Source: a virus (lineage: Duplodnaviria; Caudoviricetes). Taken from it: DNA of 37,091 bases. Below are positions 9,469 through 19,708 of this stretch, piece by piece; positions within the stretch are counted from its first letter, which is position 1; every line of letters starts with the position of its first letter. The position numbers and the translations under genes were made by a program. The stretch is taken from positions 1 to 37,091 of the IMG/VR virus record IMGVR_UViG_3300020044_007975, one strand, 5' to 3'. The notes under the pieces were generated by a model that saw nothing but the letters and a program-made list of their open reading frames with translations, made no database searches and was not told where the DNA came from.

Positions 9469-9900
9469 TTGGCTAGTACAGCATTCACCAATTTCACGCG
9501 TAATCTATGTCTTGCACGGCATAACTTTTCGAGTGACACCTTAAAAGTTTTGCTTGTGTCAAGCGTACCGTCCGAAGCGAATCTTGATTCATGGATAGCC
9601 CGAAGCGATGTGACCAACGAGATAACTGGCACAGGCTACACGGCAGGTGGCATAGCGCAGGCTTACACGTTTAATGCGATTGATACCGCAAATAACCGCA
9701 GTACGATTACATTAACCGATATTGTTAACGGCTGGACAGGTGCGACATTTAGCGCGGCAGGCGCAATCGTGTATAAGAATAGCGGTGTTGCGTCAACGGA
9801 TTATCTGATTGATTTTGTCGATTTTTTAGGCACAATTACCACAACGGCGGGTAATTTCAGCATTGATTATGTTTCAGATATCCTGATAACTAGAGTTTAA
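9469..9900 (+). CDS. Putative virion structural protein
   Basis: TTG start; DTLKVLL...NEITGTGYTAGG motif typical of phage virion proteins. Confidence 0.7.
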   Translation: MASTAFTNFTRNLCLARHNFSSDTLKVLLVSSVPSEANLDSWIARSDVTNEITGTGYTAGGIAQAYTFNAIDTANNRSTITLTDIVNGWTGATFSAAGAIVYKNSGVASTDYLIDFVDFLGTITTTAGNFSIDYVSDILITRV

Positions 9901-9903
9901 CTT

Positions 9904-10695
9904 ATGCCAATCGTTAGCTTAGATAACTGGTTTGCTAGTAATAAGCAGCAATTTACTATGTTCAGGTCGGCTTCGGCTACTACGGTTGCAGCCGTTCCGT
10001 TCACGGTGTTTGATTTAGCAGGGCAGCCAGGGGCGGGTACGTTAGCAGGTACTAGCGCGGCGGCAGGTGTTGTGCCTACAGACTTAGACAACGGTTTTCC
10101 AGCCATAACGCCATTTGTCGGGGCTAAGGGCTATCTTAACAATGTCGTCATGAGCAATACGGTTGCTTGCCGTATTTACCTGTTCGATATGCTGTTTAAG
10201 GCAGGCGCATACGCATTTAACGCTAACGTGACCTTAGCCGGACAGCCTAGCTATTCATCCAGAGTCCCAGGCGGCACGGATTACACCAGTACTGAGCTAT
10301 GGATTGAAGCGGTCACTGCATTTACTGGCAACCAGAGCATAGCGATAACTTACACCAATCAGGCAGGAGTAGCAGGACGGACAACTGGAACGATTGCAAC
10401 CGGCGTTGCACCAATTATCCGCCGTATGTTTAGACTGCCCTTGCAAGCGGGTGATACCGGCATACAACAGGTTAATAGCGTTGTATCAACCGTATCAACG
10501 GCGGGTACGTTTAATGTATTGGTGCTTAGGCGGTTAGGTACGGGTAGGGTCGGCACTAACGGCCTATTTAATCTGGATTTGGCGTTTAATGGTTCGCCAG
10601 AAATTTTCGCTACGAGTGCGTTATACCCAGTTATTGTGGCTGATTCAACTTCGAGCGGCATTCCTGAATTATTCGGCACAATTACGGATTTTTAA
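9904..10695 (+). CDS. Putative virion appendage protein, paralogue 1
   Basis: Ala/Gly/Thr-rich; YTNQAG and LPLQAGDTGI motifs. Confidence 0.7.
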   Translation: MPIVSLDNWFASNKQQFTMFRSASATTVAAVPFTVFDLAGQPGAGTLAGTSAAAGVVPTDLDNGFPAITPFVGAKGYLNNVVMSNTVACRIYLFDMLFKAGAYAFNANVTLAGQPSYSSRVPGGTDYTSTELWIEAVTAFTGNQSIAITYTNQAGVAGRTTGTIATGVAPIIRRMFRLPLQAGDTGIQQVNSVVSTVSTAGTFNVLVLRRLGTGRVGTNGLFNLDLAFNGSPEIFATSALYPVIVADSTSSGIPELFGTITDF

Positions 10696-11513
10696 TGGCT
10701 ATTGCAACCTACGCAGATTACAAGGCGGATAAGAATCAAACGGTAGAAGTGTTTAATGCAACTAGCGTTACCAGCATTGCTAGTGCTATGTTTAGTTGTT
10801 GGAATGGTACATTAGCCGGCGCTAATACCGCTAATGGCGTTGTGCCTACAGATTCCGATACAGGATTCCCCGATTACGGCCCAAGGCTTGATACGTTCGG
10901 TGCTGGTGCTAAGGGCTATTTAACTAGGGCAGTTTTTGTTAATCAGGGCGCGAATAGTTCTAATGGGTTGGGCATATTGTTCGATATGGTCTTTAAGGCG
11001 GGGGCGTATGCGTTCAATGCAAATACTACATTGGCATCACAGCCAAGCTATGCAGCGAGAATGCCGGGCGGTACGGATTACTCTGACACAGAGCTATGGT
11101 TCGAGTGCGTTACCGCGTTCACTGGCAACTTAACGCTAACTGTGACCTATACCAATCAGGCAGGAGTAGCAGGACGGACGACCGGCTCATTTGCGCCAGG
11201 TGTTGCGCCAACTGTAAGAAGGTGTTTTAGATTGCCGTTACAAGCAGGGGACACCGGTATACAGAGGGTTGATAGCGTAGTTTCGACGGTGGCAACCGTA
11301 GGCACGTTTAACATATTGGTATTGCGTAGGCTGGGCATGGGTCGAGTATTGTCAGTTACTCAAGACGTTAGGACACCAAATGTTAATGGTGCAGATGTGC
11401 TTATGACAGGGATGCAAGAAGTGTTTGATACGTCATGTTTTACAGTGATACAGCTATGTGACGGAACTACCACAGGGCAACCGTATTACTTGGCTGAGTT
11501 GACAAGTGGCTAA
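10695..11513 (+). CDS. Putative virion appendage protein, paralogue 2
   Basis: Colinear similarity to 9904-10695. Confidence 0.7.
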   Translation: MAIATYADYKADKNQTVEVFNATSVTSIASAMFSCWNGTLAGANTANGVVPTDSDTGFPDYGPRLDTFGAGAKGYLTRAVFVNQGANSSNGLGILFDMVFKAGAYAFNANTTLASQPSYAARMPGGTDYSDTELWFECVTAFTGNLTLTVTYTNQAGVAGRTTGSFAPGVAPTVRRCFRLPLQAGDTGIQRVDSVVSTVATVGTFNILVLRRLGMGRVLSVTQDVRTPNVNGADVLMTGMQEVFDTSCFTVIQLCDGTTTGQPYYLAELTSG

Positions 11514-12336
11514 TGGAATAATCCGCACCAATCCCATAGGGCGTTACACCTTATGGGATATGCGTACCGATGTAAATGAAGTTGATTCAGCATTAGGCGG
11601 AGAATTTTGGGACGAAGCGGCTGGCGTTAACGGCAATGCAACCGGCGCGGGGTTTAATGTCACAGTAACCGGGGCAACGGGTTCAGCAAACACAACAGCT
11701 AACGCCACAGGTGCGGGATTTTCCGTAACAATTACCGGCGCAACCGGCACGGCAAGCGCGGCGACCAATGGCAATGCTACAGGTGATGGGTTCAATGTAA
11801 CCATTACCGGCGCGACAGGCACGGCTAATACTACAGCCAATGCAACGGGCGCAGGGTTTAACGTCACTATCACCGGCGCGACAGGTAGCGCAAATACAAC
11901 AGCTAATGCGGCTGGTGCGGGGTTTAATGTCACCATAACGGGGGCAACTGGCACAGCTACAGGTACGTCCGGCGGGGTTGATGGCAATGCGACCGGCTCT
12001 GGATTTGAAATTACGGTTACGGGGGCTAATGGCACGGCGACCGGTTCAGGCGCGCAGGCAATTGGCATTAGCGGCGGATTTGCGCTTAAGAAACCGGCAA
12101 AACAGTATAAGAAAATCCGCGAATACGTTGAAACGGCGATAGAGGCCGTCGGCGTTGATGAATTGCCACAAAATGAAGTTGATTCGCTTGAATCTGAAAT
12201 AATTCGGGCGGTAGCAGAGCGTCAGTTCAAAGAAGAACTTTATATGGCGATTTATGCACGGGATTTGGTGCAAGTGCGGATTAATGACTTGCGGCAAGAG
12301 CTAGAGGATGAAGATGACTTATTGTTATTATCATAA
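11506..12336 (+). CDS. Repeat-containing fibre-like virion protein
   Basis: Six NATGAGFxVTITGATG-type repeats; acidic C-terminus EDEDDLLLLS. Confidence 0.7.
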   Translation: MANGIIRTNPIGRYTLWDMRTDVNEVDSALGGEFWDEAAGVNGNATGAGFNVTVTGATGSANTTANATGAGFSVTITGATGTASAATNGNATGDGFNVTITGATGTANTTANATGAGFNVTITGATGSANTTANAAGAGFNVTITGATGTATGTSGGVDGNATGSGFEITVTGANGTATGSGAQAIGISGGFALKKPAKQYKKIREYVETAIEAVGVDELPQNEVDSLESEIIRAVAERQFKEELYMAIYARDLVQVRINDLRQELEDEDDLLLLS

Positions 12337-12395
12337 GTTATTGCTTTATATATCGAATTATTGTATATAGTAAAAAAGCATATAGGAGCTATTCT

Positions 12396-12791
12396 TTGCC
12401 ACTTTATGATATAAAATGTTTAGATTGTGGGAATACCGATGAAATATTCCTCAAGTTGAGCGAGTTTGACAACTTGCCGATTTGTGAATGTGGGGCGATG
12501 TTTACGCGGGTGATTAGTCCGGTTAATGTCCAGGCTGACATACAGCCCTATAAAAGTATGGTGACGGGTGAAATGATAACCAGCCGAAGCCAACACAGGG
12601 CGCATTTAAAACAGCACAACTGTATTGAGATTGGTAACGAGATACCAAAGCCGCCACAGCCTAAAAAGCGCACGGCAAAGGAAAAAGAGGCGGATATGCG
12701 GCACTTGTATCAGGTTTATGATCATTTACAATCGGGTGGCCGGTATAAGGCTGACGAAAAACCATTACATTATGATTCGGTAACTATATGA
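12396..12791 (+). CDS. FmdB-like zinc-ribbon protein
   Basis: MPLYDIKCLDCG...CECG; AGGAG RBS with TTG start. Confidence 0.8.
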   Translation: MPLYDIKCLDCGNTDEIFLKLSEFDNLPICECGAMFTRVISPVNVQADIQPYKSMVTGEMITSRSQHRAHLKQHNCIEIGNEIPKPPQPKKRTAKEKEADMRHLYQVYDHLQSGGRYKADEKPLHYDSVTI

Positions 12792-13783
12792 CTGAAAACA
12801 CAGAAATTATTGAAGATAACATAATTGTTGATAATAACATAGAGGAAACCCCGCTTGACGAATTGAGCAGGGTTTATGACGAGCTGGAAGCTAAGGCTGA
12901 GCCGGAACAAGTTGAAGCCAAGGTGCAGGCAAGGGTACGTGACGATAGCGGCAGGTTTGCACCAAAAACAGCAGCAAGCGAACAAACCTCGGCAGCAAGT
13001 GAATTAGCGCAGCCTGTTGAGAAAACAAAAATTGATATTGATAAGCTTGGATTTTCTTTAGAGGAAAGAAAAGTTATAGCAACATTGCCGGATGACGCCC
13101 TTGAAATTATTTCAAACTATAATGAGCGTCGAAATAATGGTATTGATGCGTTAAAAAATAAAGCAGAAATAGCAGATTCATTTATCGGCGCAATAACACC
13201 ACATGCTGAATATCTGAAAGCCCTTGAAGTTGCACCGGAAGATTTCATATCTTCTATGCTTTCAGCCGAAAAAACGCTCAGGCTAGGCAACGAACAACAA
13301 AAAATAAACATGTTGCAGCGTTTGGCGCATGATTATCAAATACCGCTAGACAAGTTAACGGAAGTCCAATTTGATCCAAACCTCGCGCGATTACAGCAGG
13401 AATTGGAGTACCGCGACAGGTACATAAATAATTTAACGCGGGCGCAACAGGCCAACGAAACGACACGGGCAGAAAGTTATATTGTCGAGTGGGCGCAAGA
13501 CAAAGAATATTTCAATGAATTGCGTGAGCCTATGGCTAATTTGCTTAATGCGGGAATGGCAACCGGTTTAGATGATGCTTATAACAAGGCGATGCGGCTA
13601 AATGATGGGCTATACGAGCAGCAGCAAAAGAAGCAGCAGGCATTAATGGCAGACCAGAAAGCACGTAAGGCGTTAAGTTCGTCGGTGCAAGTAAGGAATA
13701 ATGCAACTACAGGACAAAATATTCCAGTATTTGAAAACCCATTAGACGAACTCAGATATAGAGCTGAGCAAATGGGTTATTAA
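12788..13783 (+). CDS. Capsid scaffolding protein
   Basis: Acidic N-terminus, RDDSGRFA motif, helical, directly before capsid gene. Confidence 0.75.
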   Translation: MTENTEIIEDNIIVDNNIEETPLDELSRVYDELEAKAEPEQVEAKVQARVRDDSGRFAPKTAASEQTSAASELAQPVEKTKIDIDKLGFSLEERKVIATLPDDALEIISNYNERRNNGIDALKNKAEIADSFIGAITPHAEYLKALEVAPEDFISSMLSAEKTLRLGNEQQKINMLQRLAHDYQIPLDKLTEVQFDPNLARLQQELEYRDRYINNLTRAQQANETTRAESYIVEWAQDKEYFNELREPMANLLNAGMATGLDDAYNKAMRLNDGLYEQQQKKQQALMADQKARKALSSSVQVRNNATTGQNIPVFENPLDELRYRAEQMGY

Positions 13784-13890
13784 ATCGTTAGTATTTCAAA
13801 AAACTAGCGATTTGTTTTAAAAAGGGCAGGCATTTCAAAAAGCTCCTTTTTTAAGACCGGCAAAAGGGTAGGCATTTCAAAAAGCTCCAA
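13782..13890 (+). repeat. Three tandem hairpins with identical ATTTCAAAAA loop
   Basis: Loops at 13793, 13832, 13874; 26/27-nt direct repeat between units 2 and 3. Confidence 0.85.
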
Positions 13891-13966
13891 TTGTGAGGTC
13901 TAGTCAACGCTTTAGGCGTTTTTTAGATTAATGTTTGGCACGGAAAATGTGCCAGGGAGCAGAGCT

Positions 13967-14968
13967 ATGGCATTTGCCAATACAGCATACAGCGACTTGA
14001 TAACGGCTAGTATAGAATCGAGGACGCGCAAAACTTCGGATAACTTATCCAACAATAACCCCCTTATCGGCAGGCTTAAAGATAGGGGTAATATCAAGAT
14101 GGTATCAGGCGGCACACGCGTATTGCACGAAACCCGCTATAACGATGCTACTACCAACAACGTGACCGCTTATGCAGGCTATGACGTGGTAAATACCACG
14201 CCAGACAGCCCTATTAGCGCGTTTCAGTTTGACATGAAGCATTATGTCGCAGCAGTGTCTATTTCAGACACTGAGCGGCTGACCAACACTGGCAAAGAAG
14301 CTATGTTGGAGCTAATCGATGAGCGTACGCAAATTTGTAAAGACCGCTTGGAAAACCGTTGCGATGCTGATTTGCACTTAGACGGCACGGCAGGCGGTGG
14401 TAAGACCTTGATTGGCTTACCGGCGATGATTTCAACGACCCCGACAACGGGTACTTACGCTGGCATTGACCGTGCGCTATGGCCTTTTGCCCGTAACCTA
14501 TCAACGACTTCAACCATCGTTAACGGTGCGGCGGCAACTGCGGCTAATATTCAAAACCTGATTAATGACGTTTCATTGAAACTGGTTAGGGGTAGTGACC
14601 GTGTGGATTTGATTTATGCCGGGTTGGATTTTTACAAATTGTATTTGTCCAGCTTGCAGTCAATTCAGCGCATTGCCGATGAATCAGGTTCAGCAGGGGC
14701 AGGGTTCACCAGCTTGAAATATTACGGTCATGGTGCGAGTGCGGATGTAGTATTAGGGGGCGGTATCGGCGGCAATTTGGCGGCTAATACGGCTTACTTC
14801 ATCAACACTAAGCACGTATTTTGGAGGCCGCACAAAGACCGTAATTTTGTGGCGATTGGTGGCGATCGTCAAAGCACGAACCAACTGGCGACAACTCGCT
14901 TGATGGGCTTTAGTGCCTGTTTTACCACAGATGGCCCGCAATTTTGCGGCATTGCAACCACAGCTTAA
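13967..14968 (+). CDS. Major capsid protein
   Basis: 333 aa from MAFAN; DNLSNNNPL, YAGID, GFTSLKY; GGGAG RBS; position. Confidence 0.88.
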   Translation: MAFANTAYSDLITASIESRTRKTSDNLSNNNPLIGRLKDRGNIKMVSGGTRVLHETRYNDATTNNVTAYAGYDVVNTTPDSPISAFQFDMKHYVAAVSISDTERLTNTGKEAMLELIDERTQICKDRLENRCDADLHLDGTAGGGKTLIGLPAMISTTPTTGTYAGIDRALWPFARNLSTTSTIVNGAAATAANIQNLINDVSLKLVRGSDRVDLIYAGLDFYKLYLSSLQSIQRIADESGSAGAGFTSLKYYGHGASADVVLGGGIGGNLAANTAYFINTKHVFWRPHKDRNFVAIGGDRQSTNQLATTRLMGFSACFTTDGPQFCGIATTA

Positions 14969-14977
14969 GGAGGATTT

Positions 14978-15271
14978 ATGCCATTTTCAGTAACCCCAAG
15001 CTTACAAGGCGTAGATTTGAATAATGTTGTCACGGCCGCAAGCAACCCAACTCCAAACGACATCAAACACCGTTTGGGGCAGACTTGCCAGGGCGATGAC
15101 GGTAAAACTTATGTATTTGCGCGCGCTAATGGCGCGATTCCGGCAAGTACGGCAGTTTGTACGGTCAATGCGACAACCTTTCTGGCCACATCAACAGGCG
15201 GTGCATATACCAGTCCGGCGACGGCGTTAGTATTGAATGATTATGCCTGGTTCTCGAAGGCAGGCGTTTAA
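14978..15271 (+). CDS. Capsid decoration/cement protein
   Basis: LGQ...G.DGKTYVF...YAWF pattern; AGGAGG RBS; follows capsid gene. Confidence 0.65.
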   Translation: MPFSVTPSLQGVDLNNVVTAASNPTPNDIKHRLGQTCQGDDGKTYVFARANGAIPASTAVCTVNATTFLATSTGGAYTSPATALVLNDYAWFSKAGV

Positions 15272-15297
15272 TATTGCGTAGGCTGCATTAAAAGCCA

Positions 15298-15316
15298 GGG
15301 GGCTGAATAAGCCCCC
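15298..15316 (+). terminator. GC hairpin, possible terminator or stabiliser
   Basis: GGGGGCT-GAATA-AGCCCCC; T-run is displaced downstream. Confidence 0.45.
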
Positions 15317-15344
15317 GAACTATGATTTTTATTAGGAGAATATC

Positions 15345-15857
15345 TTGGAAACACAAGAAATTAACATTGACGAAAAACAGGAAGAGAAGTGTACGGTACG
15401 ATTCCGCCGTGATATTAACGTAGTGACTGACCTTAACGGCGACATTGTTTCGAGCGAGGAAGCCGATTGGATCACAATATGGACTCCTGGCGACCCGTTA
15501 AACATCATTGACACAATTGCTAATGATTTGCACAAGGCGCGATTCCCGAAGGCTTGGGCTGAATATCAGGGTATGCAGGGCGTAGGCAAAAATGGCACTC
15601 CAATCGATGAATGGGATATACATAAGAACATGATTAAGGTGTTCAAGGATTTGGGCTACTCAACCATTGAGCAGGTAGCAGGCGCGAGCGAGCATAGCCT
15701 AAGCCGCATACAAGGCGGGTGGGGATGGAAAACCAAGGCTAAAAACTGGCTGGAAGCTAAAAAACCGAGGCTTGATGATGAGATTGCCGCCATGAAAGCA
15801 GAAAACGCGGAATTGCGGAAAATGGTTGAGCAACTCATACAGAAAAAGGCTAGCTAA
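15345..15857 (+). CDS. Head-region hypothetical protein
   Basis: HKARFPKAW, GTPIDEW, TIEQVA; AGGAG RBS with TTG start. Confidence 0.75.
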   Translation: METQEINIDEKQEEKCTVRFRRDINVVTDLNGDIVSSEEADWITIWTPGDPLNIIDTIANDLHKARFPKAWAEYQGMQGVGKNGTPIDEWDIHKNMIKVFKDLGYSTIEQVAGASEHSLSRIQGGWGWKTKAKNWLEAKKPRLDDEIAAMKAENAELRKMVEQLIQKKAS

Positions 15858-16747
15858 TGAGAACGTTACTGCAAAACATTCAGGATGTGTCAATTGAAAT
15901 AGGCTTGCCCAAGCCGTCCGGCGTAGTTACGTCCAGCGATCCGACAGTTTTGCAGTTATATGCGTTCATGAACCGCATTGGTGAGATGCTGGTTAGTGAG
16001 CATGATTGGCAGGTGTTAGCCAAGACACATTCATTTAATGCGGTTGCGTTGACGTTGCCGGTGACAATGGCAACAGGTAACAATATTCTTACGATGACAA
16101 GTACAAGCGGGTTATTTCATGGTTATCAGGTGAGCGTTGACGGTGTGCCTGCCAATACAACCATAACGGCGGTTAGCCCGAATGTGTCGGTTACGTTAAG
16201 CCATAACGCCACCAAGACCCAGGCGGTTGATGCCATGTTTTCAAAGATGGATTACCCATTGCCGACGGATTTTCATCATGTTGTGCCAGATACCGAATAT
16301 GATGTAAGTAATCGATGGGCGGCAAGGGCTGAGACCCCGCAAGGCTGGCATAACTTACGTACCGGATGGCTGGCTAATGCGAGTGTGGCGCATTTTAGGT
16401 TATTGGGCAATAAATTTGCCATTTACCCCGCGCAAGCCAATGGGCGCGAATTTACTTTTGAGTATCAATCAGACCGCTATGTTACTGATAATGCTGGTGT
16501 TTTGAAAAACCGTTTTGATGCTGATAGCGATACTTGCCTATTCCCGGATAGATTGATGGTTATGGGCTGCAAGCTTAAGTTTTGGCAGCAAAAGGGCTTT
16601 GATTCTACCCTGTTGGCTGATGATTTCAGTCGTGAGCTATCCAAGTACAAGGGGCAGCAATCTACACTGCAAAGCGTACGTATGGCAGGCTATTACGGCG
16701 ATGGTTTGCCGTCTATGAATGTGCCTGATGGGGCGATAGGGTTGTGA
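15857..16747 (+). CDS. Head-tail adaptor / tail tubular protein A-like
   Basis: HDWQVL, YPLPTDF motifs; position. Confidence 0.65.
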   Translation: MRTLLQNIQDVSIEIGLPKPSGVVTSSDPTVLQLYAFMNRIGEMLVSEHDWQVLAKTHSFNAVALTLPVTMATGNNILTMTSTSGLFHGYQVSVDGVPANTTITAVSPNVSVTLSHNATKTQAVDAMFSKMDYPLPTDFHHVVPDTEYDVSNRWAARAETPQGWHNLRTGWLANASVAHFRLLGNKFAIYPAQANGREFTFEYQSDRYVTDNAGVLKNRFDADSDTCLFPDRLMVMGCKLKFWQQKGFDSTLLADDFSRELSKYKGQQSTLQSVRMAGYYGDGLPSMNVPDGAIGL

Positions 16748-18324
16748 TACCTAACTACGCATTACGCAGCTATACCAAGTCAACGCCTGCCCCGGTGGGT
16801 GGGTTGAATGATCGTGACAGTATTGCGGCAATGCCTGAACAAGATGCGTTACAATTGGTTAATATGTTTCCTAACACTAACAGCGTGGACATTAGGGGCG
16901 GTTCAGTTGAGCATTTGACCGGGTTGCCGTTAGTTGGCGAAACGCTGATGTCCTATAATTCTCCTTCTGTTGATAAATTATTTGTGGCGGCTGGTACGTC
17001 AATCTATGATGCGACCACTCCGGGTGCTGTTGGTGCGGCAGTAGCGAGTGGTTTGGCTAATGCCAGGTGGGATTATGTTAACTTCGGCGGTGCGTCGGGT
17101 AATTTCCTATGCGCGGTCAATGGCGTTAATTTGCCGCAGTTCTATAACGGTACAACCTGGACAGCGTCCGGCACAGGCTTTGCGACAGCGATAACCGGCG
17201 TTACGGCAAGTAATTTCACTCAAGTTAATGTTTGGAAAAATAGGCTGTTCTTTGTTGAGAAGAATACGCTTAAGTGTTGGTATTTGGGTGTTCAGGCGAT
17301 TGGCGGTGCGGCAACTGCTTTAGATTTTAGCGGTGTTGCCAAGTTTGGCGGCAAGCTGATTGCAACGGCAACGGTATCAAGTTCTGCGGGAAACGCACTC
17401 GATGATTATTTTGTAGCGATAACGAGTCAAGGTGAATTATTAGTCTACCAGGGGACAGACCCTGCTAACGTAACGACATTCGGGCTGGTTGGTAATTACC
17501 GCATGGGTAGGCCGATAGCTAACGGTTTAGACAACCAAGGCGGGCGTTTCTTGTGTCGGCTATCCAGCCAATTGATTGCAATTACCGTTGATGGCTTTAT
17601 TAGCCTACAGGATGCTATTAATTCTGATGTACAGGCGCAACGGCTAACTATTAACGACAAGATTGTTAATACGGTAAGCCGTGCGATTGATAAGTATAAA
17701 AACAATTTTGGCTGGCAAGTAACCTTAATGCCGTCTCATAACAAATTGATAATGAATATCCCGACTATTCAGGGAACATCCAGCTACCAATATGTTATGA
17801 ACACGATTACCGGCGCATGGTGTGTGTTTGAAGGCTGGAATACAACATGCTATGCCTATTTTAATGATGAGCTTTACGGGTGCATTGGTACTAAGGTTTA
17901 TCGGCTGGACGTATCACAGTCTAATGATTTTGTGACAGGTTCGAGTAATGGCACTCCGATTGATGGTTTAGTCGAAACTGCTTACCAATATTTCGGGCAA
18001 CGAACTACATTGAAGTCTTACAAGATGCTAAGACCATTGTTTTTTAGTTCCTCACAAATTTACCCCGGCATAGCGGTTAATGTTGATTTCAGAAGAACTG
18101 CTATACAGGGGGTTGCAACTGTTCAGCCTAGCACTAATGCGAAATGGGATGTTGCGAAATGGGATGTTGACGTATGGGGTGGTGCTGAAACGTTTAGCCA
18201 GAATTGGGCTTCTGTTACAGGGCTTGGTTATTGTGCATCTTTGTTAATGTCAATCAAATGTGATACTCAGATATGTCAGTTTCAGGCGTGGGACATTATT
18301 TATGAGCGGGGAGGCCTGTTGTGA
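16744..18324 (+). CDS. Tail nozzle / packaged-DNA stabilisation protein (P22 gp10-like)
   Basis: 526 aa, beta-rich, PAPVGGLN start, KNRLFF; position. Confidence 0.7.
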   Translation: MIPNYALRSYTKSTPAPVGGLNDRDSIAAMPEQDALQLVNMFPNTNSVDIRGGSVEHLTGLPLVGETLMSYNSPSVDKLFVAAGTSIYDATTPGAVGAAVASGLANARWDYVNFGGASGNFLCAVNGVNLPQFYNGTTWTASGTGFATAITGVTASNFTQVNVWKNRLFFVEKNTLKCWYLGVQAIGGAATALDFSGVAKFGGKLIATATVSSSAGNALDDYFVAITSQGELLVYQGTDPANVTTFGLVGNYRMGRPIANGLDNQGGRFLCRLSSQLIAITVDGFISLQDAINSDVQAQRLTINDKIVNTVSRAIDKYKNNFGWQVTLMPSHNKLIMNIPTIQGTSSYQYVMNTITGAWCVFEGWNTTCYAYFNDELYGCIGTKVYRLDVSQSNDFVTGSSNGTPIDGLVETAYQYFGQRTTLKSYKMLRPLFFSSSQIYPGIAVNVDFRRTAIQGVATVQPSTNAKWDVAKWDVDVWGGAETFSQNWASVTGLGYCASLLMSIKCDTQICQFQAWDIIYERGGLL

Positions 18325-18767
18325 GTGATTTTTTTGGCGGCAACAAAGATGCAGAAGCGGTCTATGAGCTTATCAAGGAATTAACGCATACTTGGGATGA
18401 TTTAGTCGACAAAGACAAGCCAGTTAATGAGTATGAAATTAACCGAGCATTTGCTATACCGTTATTGTATTTGCCGTTAAATCCGTTTTATCGCAGCATT
18501 CAGGATGCGATATTACCAATGTGGGAAATGGTTATTACAGCGTATGAAACAGCAAACCATTTTGAGCGGATAAAAGACCCGCACGGCGTTGAAATAGGCC
18601 ATAACCTACGCTATGCGGCGGGGCATATTGTCACATTTATGTGTGTTCGATGTGTGGGGTATGAAAAAGCCAGAGAGATATTACCTGATTTGTGGAAAGA
18701 TATTGTATTTGAGCGTTACGATGAATATTTAGAGGGCTTGGAAAGTGATAATAAAATATTGGTATAA
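18321..18767 (+). CDS. Helical protein with DDxxD motif (isoprenoid-synthase-like)
   Basis: HTWDDLVDKD, LPLNPFY. Confidence 0.6.
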   Translation: MSDFFGGNKDAEAVYELIKELTHTWDDLVDKDKPVNEYEINRAFAIPLLYLPLNPFYRSIQDAILPMWEMVITAYETANHFERIKDPHGVEIGHNLRYAAGHIVTFMCVRCVGYEKAREILPDLWKDIVFERYDEYLEGLESDNKILV

Positions 18768-19707
18768 ATGGCTTATAAGCCTGTTTGGGTTCAGGTTTTA
18801 TGTTAGTTTTGGGGGCGGGTCAAAGGCTCCGCCACCGCCTGACCCTACTAAGGTGGCTAATGCTCAATTCGCACTGAATCGTAATACATCCGCATTTGAA
18901 GCGCGGCAAAATCGTTATGCTCAAAATAACCCTTTTGGCAGTATTAGTTGGCAAAATAAAGGAACAGCAAAAAACCCTAGATGGATACAAACAACTAGGC
19001 TAAGCCCGTCACAGCAAGCCATCTATGGCAATCAGCAAGCCTTACAACGTGGAGCAAGCGGAGCAGCCTTACGAATGTTGCCAGGCGTTACTAATAGCCT
19101 TATGACTAAAGGTTATGATGCCCAAGGAGATTTATCAGGCATACAAAATAAGATGCGTGCGCTTAACCCGGACAGTGCTATGCGTGGGCGTGTTGAGAGT
19201 GCTTTGTTTCAGCGTCTTAATCCAAGCCTCCGACAAGATGAAGAAGCTTTACGCACTCGCTTGGCTAACCAAGGCTTACAATACGGAACAGAGGCTTATA
19301 ATAATGCTATGAGGGATAATTCGCAGCGTATTAATGATGCGCGATTAGCGGTCATTGGGCAGGGCGGGCAGGAAATGGAGCGGCAATTTAATATGGGATT
19401 GCAAGGATTACAATCTCAAGCTGGCCTTGCAAGTGACAGACAAGGATTATCGGCTCAAGCGCGTAATCAAAAACTTGCAGAGCTTAGCGCAATGATACAG
19501 TCAGGGGGTAGCGTTAATCTTCCGACTTATGGCGGGGCTACTAATGTTGGCGGCGTTGGCGCGCCTGATTTAACCGCATTGACCGGACAGAAATATCAAG
19601 GGCAGGTGGCTAATGCTAATGCGCAAACAGCAAGTAATAACGCGGCAATGCAGTCGGCGGCTACACTAGCAGCATCTCTACTTGGCAGTAAATTAGGGGG
19701 TAAATAA
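18745..19707 (+). CDS. Internal virion / DNA ejection protein
   Basis: GGGSKAPPPPDP, Gln/Asn/Ala-rich; position. Confidence 0.7.
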   Translation: MIIKYWYKWLISLFGFRFYVSFGGGSKAPPPPDPTKVANAQFALNRNTSAFEARQNRYAQNNPFGSISWQNKGTAKNPRWIQTTRLSPSQQAIYGNQQALQRGASGAALRMLPGVTNSLMTKGYDAQGDLSGIQNKMRALNPDSAMRGRVESALFQRLNPSLRQDEEALRTRLANQGLQYGTEAYNNAMRDNSQRINDARLAVIGQGGQEMERQFNMGLQGLQSQAGLASDRQGLSAQARNQKLAELSAMIQSGGSVNLPTYGGATNVGGVGAPDLTALTGQKYQGQVANANAQTASNNAAMQSAATLAASLLGSKLGGK

Positions 19708-19708
19708 T

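Noticed and set aside
13782-13890. Mini-CRISPR array
   Set aside because: Only about 15 nt between repeats, units fold as hairpins, no spacer-length unique sequence.
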